A stretch of 64,000 bases of DNA from an uncultured cyanobacterium (GTDB lineage: Bacteria; Cyanobacteriota; Cyanobacteriia; Cyanobacteriales; CAWUOF01): the NCBI GenBank assembly GCA_963744145.1, contig CAVUSO010000001.1:3552001-3616000 (forward strand), in the 5' to 3' direction. How positions within the stretch are numbered: the stretch's first letter is position 1; each line of letters begins with the position of its first letter. The notes below the pieces were generated by a model. That model did not search any database, had not been told where the DNA came from, and saw only the letters and a program-made list of their open reading frames with translations. Both the position numbers and the translations under genes were made by a program. Shown in pieces: positions 41,172 through 49,072 of this stretch.

Positions 41172-41687
41172 GTGTTACATCTAATCAAAAAACTATTTCC
41201 TCAACAATCTCAATCTGGTTCACCTCCTACCCAGTAATCGATTAATTGGGTAATTCCCGGACAGCTAGCAGTAGGTAGTTTACCACGTTCTGGTGCAGAT
41301 ATCCCATTAGGTGAAGCCAATATTCAAGTAATTCTCTCTTTATGTCATCCTTCCGAAGGAAACCTACCAGATCAAGTTGCTCAAAATTTTCACTGTATTA
41401 GATACGTTTTACCTGATAGTTATTATGAAACAGAAATTACCGGTGAGCAAATTCACCAAGTAGTAGAAATAATTAGACATCATTTAGAAAATCATCAACC
41501 AATATACGTGCATTGTTTAGCTGGAATTGAGCGCTCTCCCACAGTTTGTATTGCGTATTTATGTCGCTATCATAATTTAGAAATTTGGGAAGCAACAAAT
41601 TGGCTCAAGGAAATTCATCCACGTTCCCACCCGTCAGCATCAGGAATGAAAGCAATTCAAGATTTTCTTGCTACTGCAACTGTTTAA
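41172..41687 (+). pseudogene. Dual-specificity protein phosphatase family gene with an in-frame TAA at 41235-41237
   Basis: Not in the ORF track. Hand translation: GTG-LHLIKKLFPQQSQSGSPPTQ*SINWVIPGQLAVGSLP...IYVHCLAGIERSPTVCIAYL...TATV*. The HCxxGxxRS catalytic motif is intact. Confidence 0.82.
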
Positions 41688-41728
41688 TAAAAACTGGAAA
41701 TTTGCAATTATTTATTAATCAGGTTAAA

Positions 41729-42355
41729 ATGACCCAATCAGAAGCTAATTTTAATCTCCAACCCGTTCAGATTCCCGCTGGATATATCAATATTATGGGA
41801 TATGTCGATGAGTCGGAAGTAAATGGTCCGGGAAGTCGTGCGGTAGTCTGGGTTCAAGGATGTGCGAGAGAATGTCCCGGATGTTTTAATCCCACATCCT
41901 GGTCTTTTTCAATTAATCAACTGATTGCGATCGATGATCTAGTCAAAAAGATTCTGAGCAATTCCCAAAATGAAGGTGTAACTTTTTCTGGTGGAGAACC
42001 TTTTTGGCAAGCATCTAGTTTAGCAGAAGTAGCGCGTCAAGTTAAAGCAGTGGGATTGAATGTAATGTCTTTTACAGGATTTACTTTAGCAAAATTGCGA
42101 TCGCCCTCTGCCCCACCAGGATCTGAAGATTTATTAGCCCAACTTGATCTATTAATTGACGGTCCTTATATAGAATCCTTAGCAATTAATCAACCCAATT
42201 CTCTAGTTTCCTCTAGTAATCAACGAGTCCATATTTTTAATCCTAACTTGAGCGATCGATTAACTTGGGCAAGTGACCAGATGGAAATTCATATTCTGAA
42301 AGATGGTAGTCGGATTGTGACCGGATATCGTGGTCAAATGAATTTATTTGACTAG
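41729..42355 (+). CDS. Radical SAM protein (NrdG/anaerobic RNR activase-like)
   Basis: VNGPGSRAVVWVQGCARECPGCFN (CxxxCxxC), GVTFSGGEP, DLLIDGPY. Start set at MTQSE. Confidence 0.88.
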   Translation: MTQSEANFNLQPVQIPAGYINIMGYVDESEVNGPGSRAVVWVQGCARECPGCFNPTSWSFSINQLIAIDDLVKKILSNSQNEGVTFSGGEPFWQASSLAEVARQVKAVGLNVMSFTGFTLAKLRSPSAPPGSEDLLAQLDLLIDGPYIESLAINQPNSLVSSSNQRVHIFNPNLSDRLTWASDQMEIHILKDGSRIVTGYRGQMNLFD

Positions 42356-42449
42356 CAGAAAATAGAAAAAATTGCTTATGGTCAATGAAGGCTAAATATG
42401 GAGTATAATAATCGTGTTATACCTAACATTGTAGGAAGAGAAATATTTA

Positions 42450-42467
42450 GTTACAATATGTAGTAAC
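42450..42467 (+). promoter_or_regulatory. Putative toxin-antitoxin autoregulatory operator overlapping the -10 element
   Basis: GTTAC-N8-GTAAC inverted repeat overlapping TACAAT, 10 bp before the brnT ATG. Confidence 0.45.
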
Positions 42468-42476
42468 AATCAAGAT

Positions 42477-42752
42477 ATGGAATTTGAGTGGGATGAGACT
42501 AAACGTCTTGCTAACCTTCACAAACATGGCATTGACTTTATCGACGTTTCAGTAGTTTTTGATGGAGACATCGTGACGGTTGAGGATGATCGGTTCAGTT
42601 ATGGGGAGCAGAGGTTTGTGACTTTTGGTTTGTTGCAAGGGATAGTAGTCGCGATTGTCCATACAGAACGAGAGAAAGTTACCCGGATTATTTCTGCTAG
42701 GAAAGCAACCAAATATGAACAACGAATTTACTTTGAGCAAATCTCAAACTGA
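42477..42752 (+). CDS. brnT: BrnT-family ribonuclease toxin
   Basis: MEFEWDETKRLANLHKHGIDF...YGEQRF..G...VAIVHTER...RIISARKATKYE. Confidence 0.93.
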   Translation: MEFEWDETKRLANLHKHGIDFIDVSVVFDGDIVTVEDDRFSYGEQRFVTFGLLQGIVVAIVHTEREKVTRIISARKATKYEQRIYFEQISN

Positions 42753-42936
42753 TTGGCAACGTCTAGATGCTATGACTGATGAAGATATTGATTTCTCTGA
42801 TTGTCCTGAAGTTACACCGGAAATGTTTGCTAAAGCAGTAGTCCACCGGGGTTTGCCGAACTCTGATAGTAAAGCTGAAGTGACTTTACCCATTGACATT
42901 GATGTGTTGGAAAAGAAATTAGAAACTTTTAATTAG
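42715..42936 (+). pseudogene. brnA: BrnA-family antitoxin, C-terminally truncated
   Basis: SQTDWQRLDAMTDEDIDFSDCPE...KAEVTLPIDIDVLE, then unrelated KKLETFN*. Lacks the usual WF(K/R)..G.GYQ..IN..LR helices. Confidence 0.75.
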
Positions 42937-43153
42937 TTAGGTTACCAGTTCAAAGCATCAGCACTCGGGCGACGATTGATCGCTTAAAATTTTGCTTGCT
43001 CGCTTGCCATGAGCGAGCGTAGAGACGTTCAGACGGAAATGTACAGAGCGGAGTCGAGGGCTGTGTACTTAGTGGATTCATGTTCTCTTTTTTACCACAT
43101 TCTCACTTCAACTGCGTAACTTCTGAGAAAATACTATATTTCTCATTTTTTTC

Positions 43154-43182
43154 TTGACTTATTAATAAAGAACAGGTATTAT
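43154..43182 (+). promoter_or_regulatory. Sigma70-type promoter
   Basis: TTGACT-17 bp-TATTAT. Confidence 0.7.
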
Positions 43183-43437
43183 CTCATTTAAGTCAGTGAA
43201 AGATTTACTTGGCTGACCCGATCGCCTTTTCAGATGGGGCTACTCTCAACCAAATTTCTTAGTCCCCTGGTTTCGATCGCAGGGGTAAGGGAGATTTATG
43301 TCTGTAGCAGATCAACAGAGAAATGATCTGAGGTTGGTACATAAGTAACTTTACTGATTTTGGCTGATTTGCATAATTTTCTGATTTTGGTCTGGTTAAT
43401 AGTCAAACACTGAACAAAAACTGGGGAAATTCAACTT

Positions 43438-43491
43438 ATGTCAAAAGGTGATCATATCTACGTTCACTGGTTCACTGTTGTATTTAAGTAG
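43438..43491 (+). pseudogene. 5' remnant of an LRAT/NC-domain-like gene
   Basis: MSKGDHIYVHWFTVVFK* resembles the M-x-(K/R)GD(H/Q)IYV N-terminus of cyanobacterial LRAT-family proteins. It breaks down within repeated gttcactg units. Confidence 0.4.
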
Positions 43492-43529
43492 TTCACTGTC
43501 CAAGTATTTTCTACTAGAGTGTTAAAACA

Positions 43530-43763
43530 ATGAATGATTTAAAAGTTTTAGGTGCTATTGCAAGTACGGCAGGAGCAGTTGGTGCAGAAGCTATAACTGT
43601 AGCCACTATTACTTCTACTGTTCCCGCAACAGGAATCGCAGGTTTTTTGGGCTTGACTACAACTGCTACAACTGTCGTAGCTCTTCCAGCAGCAGGTCTT
43701 GTCGCAGCAGCAGGTCTTGTCGGTTACGGGATTTACAAAGGAGTACAATTAGCACGTAAATAA
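43530..43763 (+). CDS. Small Gly/Ala/Thr-rich hydrophobic protein
   Basis: 77-aa ORF with consistent codon use (GCA/ACT/GGT), a basic C-terminus and a downstream stem-loop ccctactcg...cgggtaggg. Confidence 0.7.
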   Translation: MNDLKVLGAIASTAGAVGAEAITVATITSTVPATGIAGFLGLTTTATTVVALPAAGLVAAAGLVGYGIYKGVQLARK

Positions 43764-43951
43764 TCTTAACAATCACTCCCTACTCGTTAGCAGACCCCTG
43801 GCAAAAGTCGGGTAGGGTTATCCTGGCATTTTGATTGATTTCCAATAGCTAAAAAATGGCTACACAAACATTATCCTGATCTTAAGCCAACTTTAAATTA
43901 AGTCAGCCAAACTATAATAGGGCGATCGCTCACTAGCATCAATATCCGAGC

Positions 43952-44118
43952 CCGGGCTGTTTTATTATCCCCTTTGACCTCTCCCCCAACCCCTCTCCTA
44001 AGAGGAAAGGTGAGCAAGATTTAATAGTATTAATTACTCCCCCTTCCCTTGTAGGGAAGGGGGTTGGGGGGTTAGGTTTTAAGATTTAGAATATCGCAGG
44101 TCGAATGAAACAGCACTG
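43952..44118. mobile_element. Degenerate MITE of the same family as 40078-40264, inverted orientation
   Basis: Ends ccgggctgttttatt / aatgaaacagcactg enclose the same palindromic core. Confidence 0.6.
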
Positions 44119-44179
44119 CTCCCTGAGCTAAAGATCGCCATCTCGATCAAAGTTACTTATATAAAGGATATCCCCAAAA

Positions 44180-44725
44180 ATGCAAACTATTCAAGTCGCT
44201 CAAATTAGCGGTATTGCAGGCAAAATCATTGGTACAATTCCCGTACAAACTAGGGGAAGTATAACTATCAAAATAGTTGGTAATATGTTACAAGTCCAAA
44301 AAGAAACATTTTATGGTTTGGAAACAGAAGAAACTATTATCCCGATTGAAGAGGTTAAAGCAATTGAAACAGGGGAAGGCTGTACTTGGTGGCTGTTTTA
44401 CTTAGGAAGTGTTCCATTAATCTTAGGAAGTGTTCCATTAATCTTAGGAGGTTTTTCAGGATATTTTTTAATTGGTATTATTTTTATTGTTCTAGCATTT
44501 GTAGTCAAACAACGACGAATTATTATTTATACCAGTAAAATAGATTTGATTTTATTTTATAAAAAGACTGAAAAAATCGCTCCTTTTAAGACTGCTCTTT
44601 TAGAATTTATTTGTTCTAAAACTGCTACAGCCAAAACTGCTAATATTCCCAAACCCCCACAGACTATCCCATCACCACCACAGACTCCTCCTTCATCACC
44701 CCCACGCGCTTTAGGTAAGAAATAA
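44180..44725 (+). CDS. Hypothetical membrane protein with Pro-rich tail
   Basis: Hydrophobic hairpin, exact 21-bp duplication at 44401-44442 (LGSVPLI x2), and a PPQTIPSPPQTPPSSPPR tail. Confidence 0.75.
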   Translation: MQTIQVAQISGIAGKIIGTIPVQTRGSITIKIVGNMLQVQKETFYGLETEETIIPIEEVKAIETGEGCTWWLFYLGSVPLILGSVPLILGGFSGYFLIGIIFIVLAFVVKQRRIIIYTSKIDLILFYKKTEKIAPFKTALLEFICSKTATAKTANIPKPPQTIPSPPQTPPSSPPRALGKK

Positions 44726-44766
44726 AATTAGCTTTCTAGTTTTAGTTTAACATATTATGTCAATTT

Positions 44767-47193
44767 ATGAGCTATCTGGAAACCATTTTTGCAGAAATAT
44801 CGAGACTAAATCAAGGGTTAAGATTAACCTTTGGTCCACCAGATGTAATGCAGGAACAGTTAGCAGAATTTCAAGAAAATTACTCGCAACTGTTAAAAAT
44901 TCAAACGGAAATAAATGCTTATCGGGAAATACTGCAAGGAGAAATTGCTAAAATTGATGCGATTAGATTAGCTAAAGCAGCTGCGGGAATAGTTTTGCTC
45001 TTGGTCAGTGAAAACAACGATAATAATAACAGCGATTTTCTGAGTGAAATTGGTTCACAAATCGCTTCACAAGTTGGTAATAATCTTTTAGATGAAGCGA
45101 TCCATACCGAAAACAGTTTACGAGAATTATATCAGGTTTTAACTACAACTGATCAGGGCATTGTAGTAATGCTTCAGAGAATAGAAACTCTGATTTATGT
45201 GGCTGAAGAATGTTCAAGTAATTTCGCTTGTAGAGAGTATCTTGATTCTACCTATTCATCCGCTAGTTTATCTCAATTATCGGCAAATTTAAGCGATCTA
45301 GCTGTTCGGTTAAAGTTTGATTTTGTGATTGGTAAACCTGAATTAGTTAAAAAACAAGCGTTATCAATAGAAGAAACTATTCAAGAGTTACAGCATTTTA
45401 AAGACAAATTAGAGAAATTTACCCAGTGGTATCGAGAAAATAGCGATTTAACGGTAACTATTGGTTTTATTGAGACTTTATTAGGGTTTCTGGGAAGTGG
45501 TGTTGCTAATATTGAATATAACGGTAATGGAGAATTAGTTTTTACCATTGAAGAAAAACAGTGGGCTGTAGCGGATATCGGGAATTATTGTCAGAGTTGG
45601 GAGGAGAGTATTAATTATTTATTACCTTTATCCAGTGCTTTGGTAAAGTTTGTTAAACAGTATTTTAATCATCCCAGTATAGATAAACTGACCACAGTTA
45701 CACTCCCATCTAGAAGTTTGGATAACTTGCAAGCAGAAATTATTATGCAGGTTAATAGTATTAATTCTAAGTTTTATTTGCTCAATTCTAGATCGATTAA
45801 TCAACAATTACAAAAAATCATCAATTTTCAAGAACAGATTAAATTTATTCAGACTAATTTAAGAATAGCAGTGCAAAAGTTTGATCCTAAAGCAGCATTT
45901 CCTTTAAATTGTGAAGCGATCGCAGCTTTATTAAATTTATTAGGTCTGTTTCTGGTAGGAGTAGGATGCGATCGGGAAGGAATTTTAGTTTTTTACCACA
46001 CCGAAGGTACAGAAACAGTTACTAATATGATCCAGACTTGTGTTAGGATCGAACAAAGTCTAAAACAATCAGTTATTACCAGCATTAATTTAAGAAGATT
46101 AGCAGAACAATGTCTAAAGAGTGCTAATTTAATGCAAGAATTAGAAGCAAATAAACAGCCAATTGCTTTGACATATTGGCAACAGAAAGTCAAAGAAGCA
46201 ACCAAAGAAGTAAAAACTATTAACCTAGCTTTTGAAGATGTTAAAAAGATGCGGCTACAGGTTAAATACCTGCAAAAGATCGCCGATCACCTGACGCAAA
46301 TTAAGCTAAAATTAGAAAAAGTTATTCGAGTAGCTGATCAAAAAACAGGGCTGTTTCTCGGTTCTTTAACCATTAGTGTTTTAATGGCTATCTTAGGATC
46401 TATTTCTGCCATAGAATTGAGCGATCACGGTCAACTCCTCATTTATCAACCAGAAAACGAGAAACCCCTAGAAGCTAAAGCAATCGTTGAATTTTGCTCG
46501 AAATTACAGCAAAAAATCAAACCTCAGCTAGCTAAAATTGAGCAACTAATTCAACTGGGAGAAAAATGTCTTAAAGATGTCGCATTTCGCAAAAAATTAA
46601 TCGCGCAACAGCGAAAAAATCAGCTAGCTTTAAACCTACTTGTAGCATTTTCCCTATTGGTAGTGTTAATTCCTGTAGGTTGGTTCGGTGGAAATAGAGG
46701 ATTTCAAGAATATACCCGATATAAAGCTAATTCGTTAGTAGCGCCAACAGGATCAGCGATCGCAGCGACAAATATAAATGACTTAAAAATTCAACAGCAG
46801 CAATTAAAAGAAGCGATCGCACTTTTAGAAAGTATTCCCTCTATGCCTTGGTCAAGCTATCAGCAAGCGCGAGCAGATATAGATAATATTTTGCTGCGGT
46901 TACAAACAGTAGAGGAAAAAATAAAAGTAGAAGAAGAAGCATTAACTACCCTGCAAACAGCCGTAGAATTAGCAACAGAATTAAGCAACAATACGAATAA
47001 ACTAGACACCCAAATATCTAACTTACGGGAATCAAAAACTAAATGGCGAAAGATCATCGCCCTATTAGATTCAATTCCCGAGGAAACATTTGTTTTTCAG
47101 CAAGCTCAACAATATCTAGCGGAATACCGCTCCAAGTATAATGCTATAGCCAAGCAAGTAAATGTAATGGATAAATTAGAAAAAGTGCCATAA
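44767..47193 (+). CDS. Hypothetical 808-aa helical protein with three 150-aa repeats and one TM segment
   Basis: Long ORF with coiled-coil character; TM LNLLVAFSLLVVLIPVGWFG; C-terminal AIALLESIP/IIALLDSIP repeats. Confidence 0.8.
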   Translation: MSYLETIFAEISRLNQGLRLTFGPPDVMQEQLAEFQENYSQLLKIQTEINAYREILQGEIAKIDAIRLAKAAAGIVLLLVSENNDNNNSDFLSEIGSQIASQVGNNLLDEAIHTENSLRELYQVLTTTDQGIVVMLQRIETLIYVAEECSSNFACREYLDSTYSSASLSQLSANLSDLAVRLKFDFVIGKPELVKKQALSIEETIQELQHFKDKLEKFTQWYRENSDLTVTIGFIETLLGFLGSGVANIEYNGNGELVFTIEEKQWAVADIGNYCQSWEESINYLLPLSSALVKFVKQYFNHPSIDKLTTVTLPSRSLDNLQAEIIMQVNSINSKFYLLNSRSINQQLQKIINFQEQIKFIQTNLRIAVQKFDPKAAFPLNCEAIAALLNLLGLFLVGVGCDREGILVFYHTEGTETVTNMIQTCVRIEQSLKQSVITSINLRRLAEQCLKSANLMQELEANKQPIALTYWQQKVKEATKEVKTINLAFEDVKKMRLQVKYLQKIADHLTQIKLKLEKVIRVADQKTGLFLGSLTISVLMAILGSISAIELSDHGQLLIYQPENEKPLEAKAIVEFCSKLQQKIKPQLAKIEQLIQLGEKCLKDVAFRKKLIAQQRKNQLALNLLVAFSLLVVLIPVGWFGGNRGFQEYTRYKANSLVAPTGSAIAATNINDLKIQQQQLKEAIALLESIPSMPWSSYQQARADIDNILLRLQTVEEKIKVEEEALTTLQTAVELATELSNNTNKLDTQISNLRESKTKWRKIIALLDSIPEETFVFQQAQQYLAEYRSKYNAIAKQVNVMDKLEKVP

Positions 47194-47282
47194 CTCGCGA
47201 TCGCATTCCCTTGTTGTTCAGTATTACCCCCAACAGTCTTTTCTAGTAAGGGATTAGTCACAGCACTTAGAACGCGATCGCC

Positions 47283-47375
47283 GCTCAACAACAAATCGCC
47301 CAAACCCAACAACAAGCTGAAAAACTAGCGGCCAAACTGCGATAATTGGGTATTGAGCCAAATACACTACTTTGA
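47283..47375 (+). pseudogene. C-terminal remnant of a Uma2/DUF820-type protein
   Basis: AQQQIAQTQQQAEKLAAKLR*LGIEPNTLL* resembles the AE(K/R)LAAKLRELGIDP tail typical of cyanobacterial Uma2 proteins. Confidence 0.55.
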
Positions 47376-47474
47376 TTACTGGTGGAGTGGGGGCGATCGC
47401 TTCCATTTTCCTTTATACCAGATTCACCAAGCACTGCTACAGATCCAGATCCCCCTCGCATCCCCCTTAAAAAG

Positions 47475-48946
47475 CTACGGTAGACCCAAGACTGGGAAAA
47501 AGAGGGGCTTCATTGTATACAGCGATGGCACAACATCAATCAGTAAATATTCGGAAAATCAGTAAAAATCGAGCCGAGCAAGTTGGATATTACCGATTTT
47601 TAGGGAATGAGAATGTAAAAACTGGAGAATTAGTTGTAAGTTTAGGAGAGCATTGCGCCTTACAGGTAGATGGAAAACACCATGTCTTAGCGATAGCGTG
47701 ATAGTAGTGAAATTAACTTAGAGTCTCACTATCGGGAGATTGAAATCCGAGGGAATTGGAGTAGTAGGAAACAATAAAGATGTCGGATTTTATATTCATC
47801 CCACACTGGTACTAGATGCAGAAAATGGATTCCCACTTGGAGAAGGGGCGTATTGCAATACGCCCGTACAGTGCAATTATGGACAAGATCACCTGCTCAT
47901 CAGGATCAGCATGAAAGAAAATATAAAAACTTACCGATTGAAGAAAAAGAATCCTATAAAGGGCTACTGTCAGCCGCTCAAACCCGCACCTGTTTCAGCT
48001 GGTCTAATGTGAAAATGGTGACTCATATAGGCGATCGGGAAAGCGATATATTTGAGGAATTTGTCAGAGTACCTAATCAACAGCATCATCTCTTAATTAG
48101 AGTCGGACAGAACCGTCGGCTCAAAGAGCAGTCCGAGTCTCTGTATACCTATTTAAGTCAGCAACATTGTGAAGGAACTTATCCCATTGAAGTCCAGGCT
48201 GACTCACAGGTTGAACGAACAGCGAGAGAAGCATTCATGTGCAGGGGCGTATTGCAATACGCCCGTACTTGCCCTCGTTCAAATTCAGCGTCCTGAGCAT
48301 TTATCTGCCGCAGATGATCCGGAAAGTGTCAGTACGGGCGTATTGCAATACGCCCCTACAACGCAGTGGAAGCTGTAGAAATCAATCCACCAAAAGGTCA
48401 ACAACCGATTCACTGGCGATTACTCACCACACATACAGTAGTTTGTATTGAACAAGCGCTACAAGTAATTGAATGGTACAAATGGCGCTGGCGGATTGAA
48501 CAATTGTTTGCTACGCTCAAATCCGTTGGCTTAGATCTCGAAGCAACTCAATTAGAGTCAATTAAATCTATTCAAAAATTGTGTGTTTTAGCTTTATCGG
48601 TAGCTGTCAGAATTTTGCAGTTAATTGTCGGGCGTGACCAGCCTGAATTACCTGCAACCTACGCATTCAATGATGAACAACAGCAATGTTTATCCCAGAT
48701 TGCTCCGACGGTTTCCGGGCAAACTTTGGCACAGCAAAATCCTGATCCACCTCATTCTTTACCTTGGGCAGTACGGGCGCAAAAGCAATACGCCCCTACC
48801 GATTATTGCTCGACTGGGTGGTTGGTCTGGCTATCGGTCTCAAAAACCGCCGGGAATTACTACCTTAGTGCGCGGACGCGAGCCAATTTCAATCCTTTTT
48901 TTATGGTTGGAAACTCGCTCTAGGTATGGTTGTGTGTACACCGTAG
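47475..48946 (+). mobile_element. IS4-family (IS50/Tn5-like) insertion sequence, decayed
   Basis: TIRs ctacggtagacccaag (degenerate) / ttgtgtgtacaccgtag. Transposase fragments GYYRFLGNENV, GFYIHPTLV, HIGDRESDIFE, PIHWRLLTT, WYKWRWRIEQLFATLKS, IARLGGWSG are spread over several frames with stops. Confidence 0.9.
47842..48799. repeat. Four 28-29-bp palindromic REP/SDR-like elements inside the transposase (47842-47869, 48241-48268, 48332-48359, 48771-48799)
   Basis: Consensus GTAGGGGCGTATTGCAATACGCCCGTAC, two copies in each orientation. Confidence 0.92.
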
Positions 48947-48999
48947 CTCCTAAGAGGAAAGGGGTTGGGGGGGAGGGGGAGGTGTTCTGCTAGAATTAA

Positions 49000-49034
49000 A
49001 AGTCCCCCTTAATAAGGGGGATTTAGGGGGATCT
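49000..49034. repeat. Right arm of an AGATCCCCCT..TCCCCCTTAA-type repeat; the left arm is at about 47447-47474
   Basis: agtcccccttaataagggggatttagggggatct is the inverted partner of agatccccctcgcatcccccttaaaaag. Confidence 0.75.
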
Positions 49035-49072
49035 AGCTCTGTGCAACTTCACATTAAATTGGTATTATAAGA

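Noticed and set aside
41585..41728. N-terminal extension of the radical SAM ORF
   Set aside because: Overlaps the phosphatase frame; the ATG at 41729 is the more plausible start
43154..43346. Retron msr-msd or a known riboswitch
   Set aside because: No reverse transcriptase nearby and no recognisable riboswitch consensus; kept only as an unassigned structured RNA candidate
47842..48799. Four palindromes as a degenerate CRISPR array or attC cassette array
   Set aside because: Irregular spacing, mixed orientation, and the intervening DNA is continuous transposase sequence
47513..48993. Seven separate short ORFs
   Set aside because: Fragments and alternative frames of a single decayed IS4 transposase
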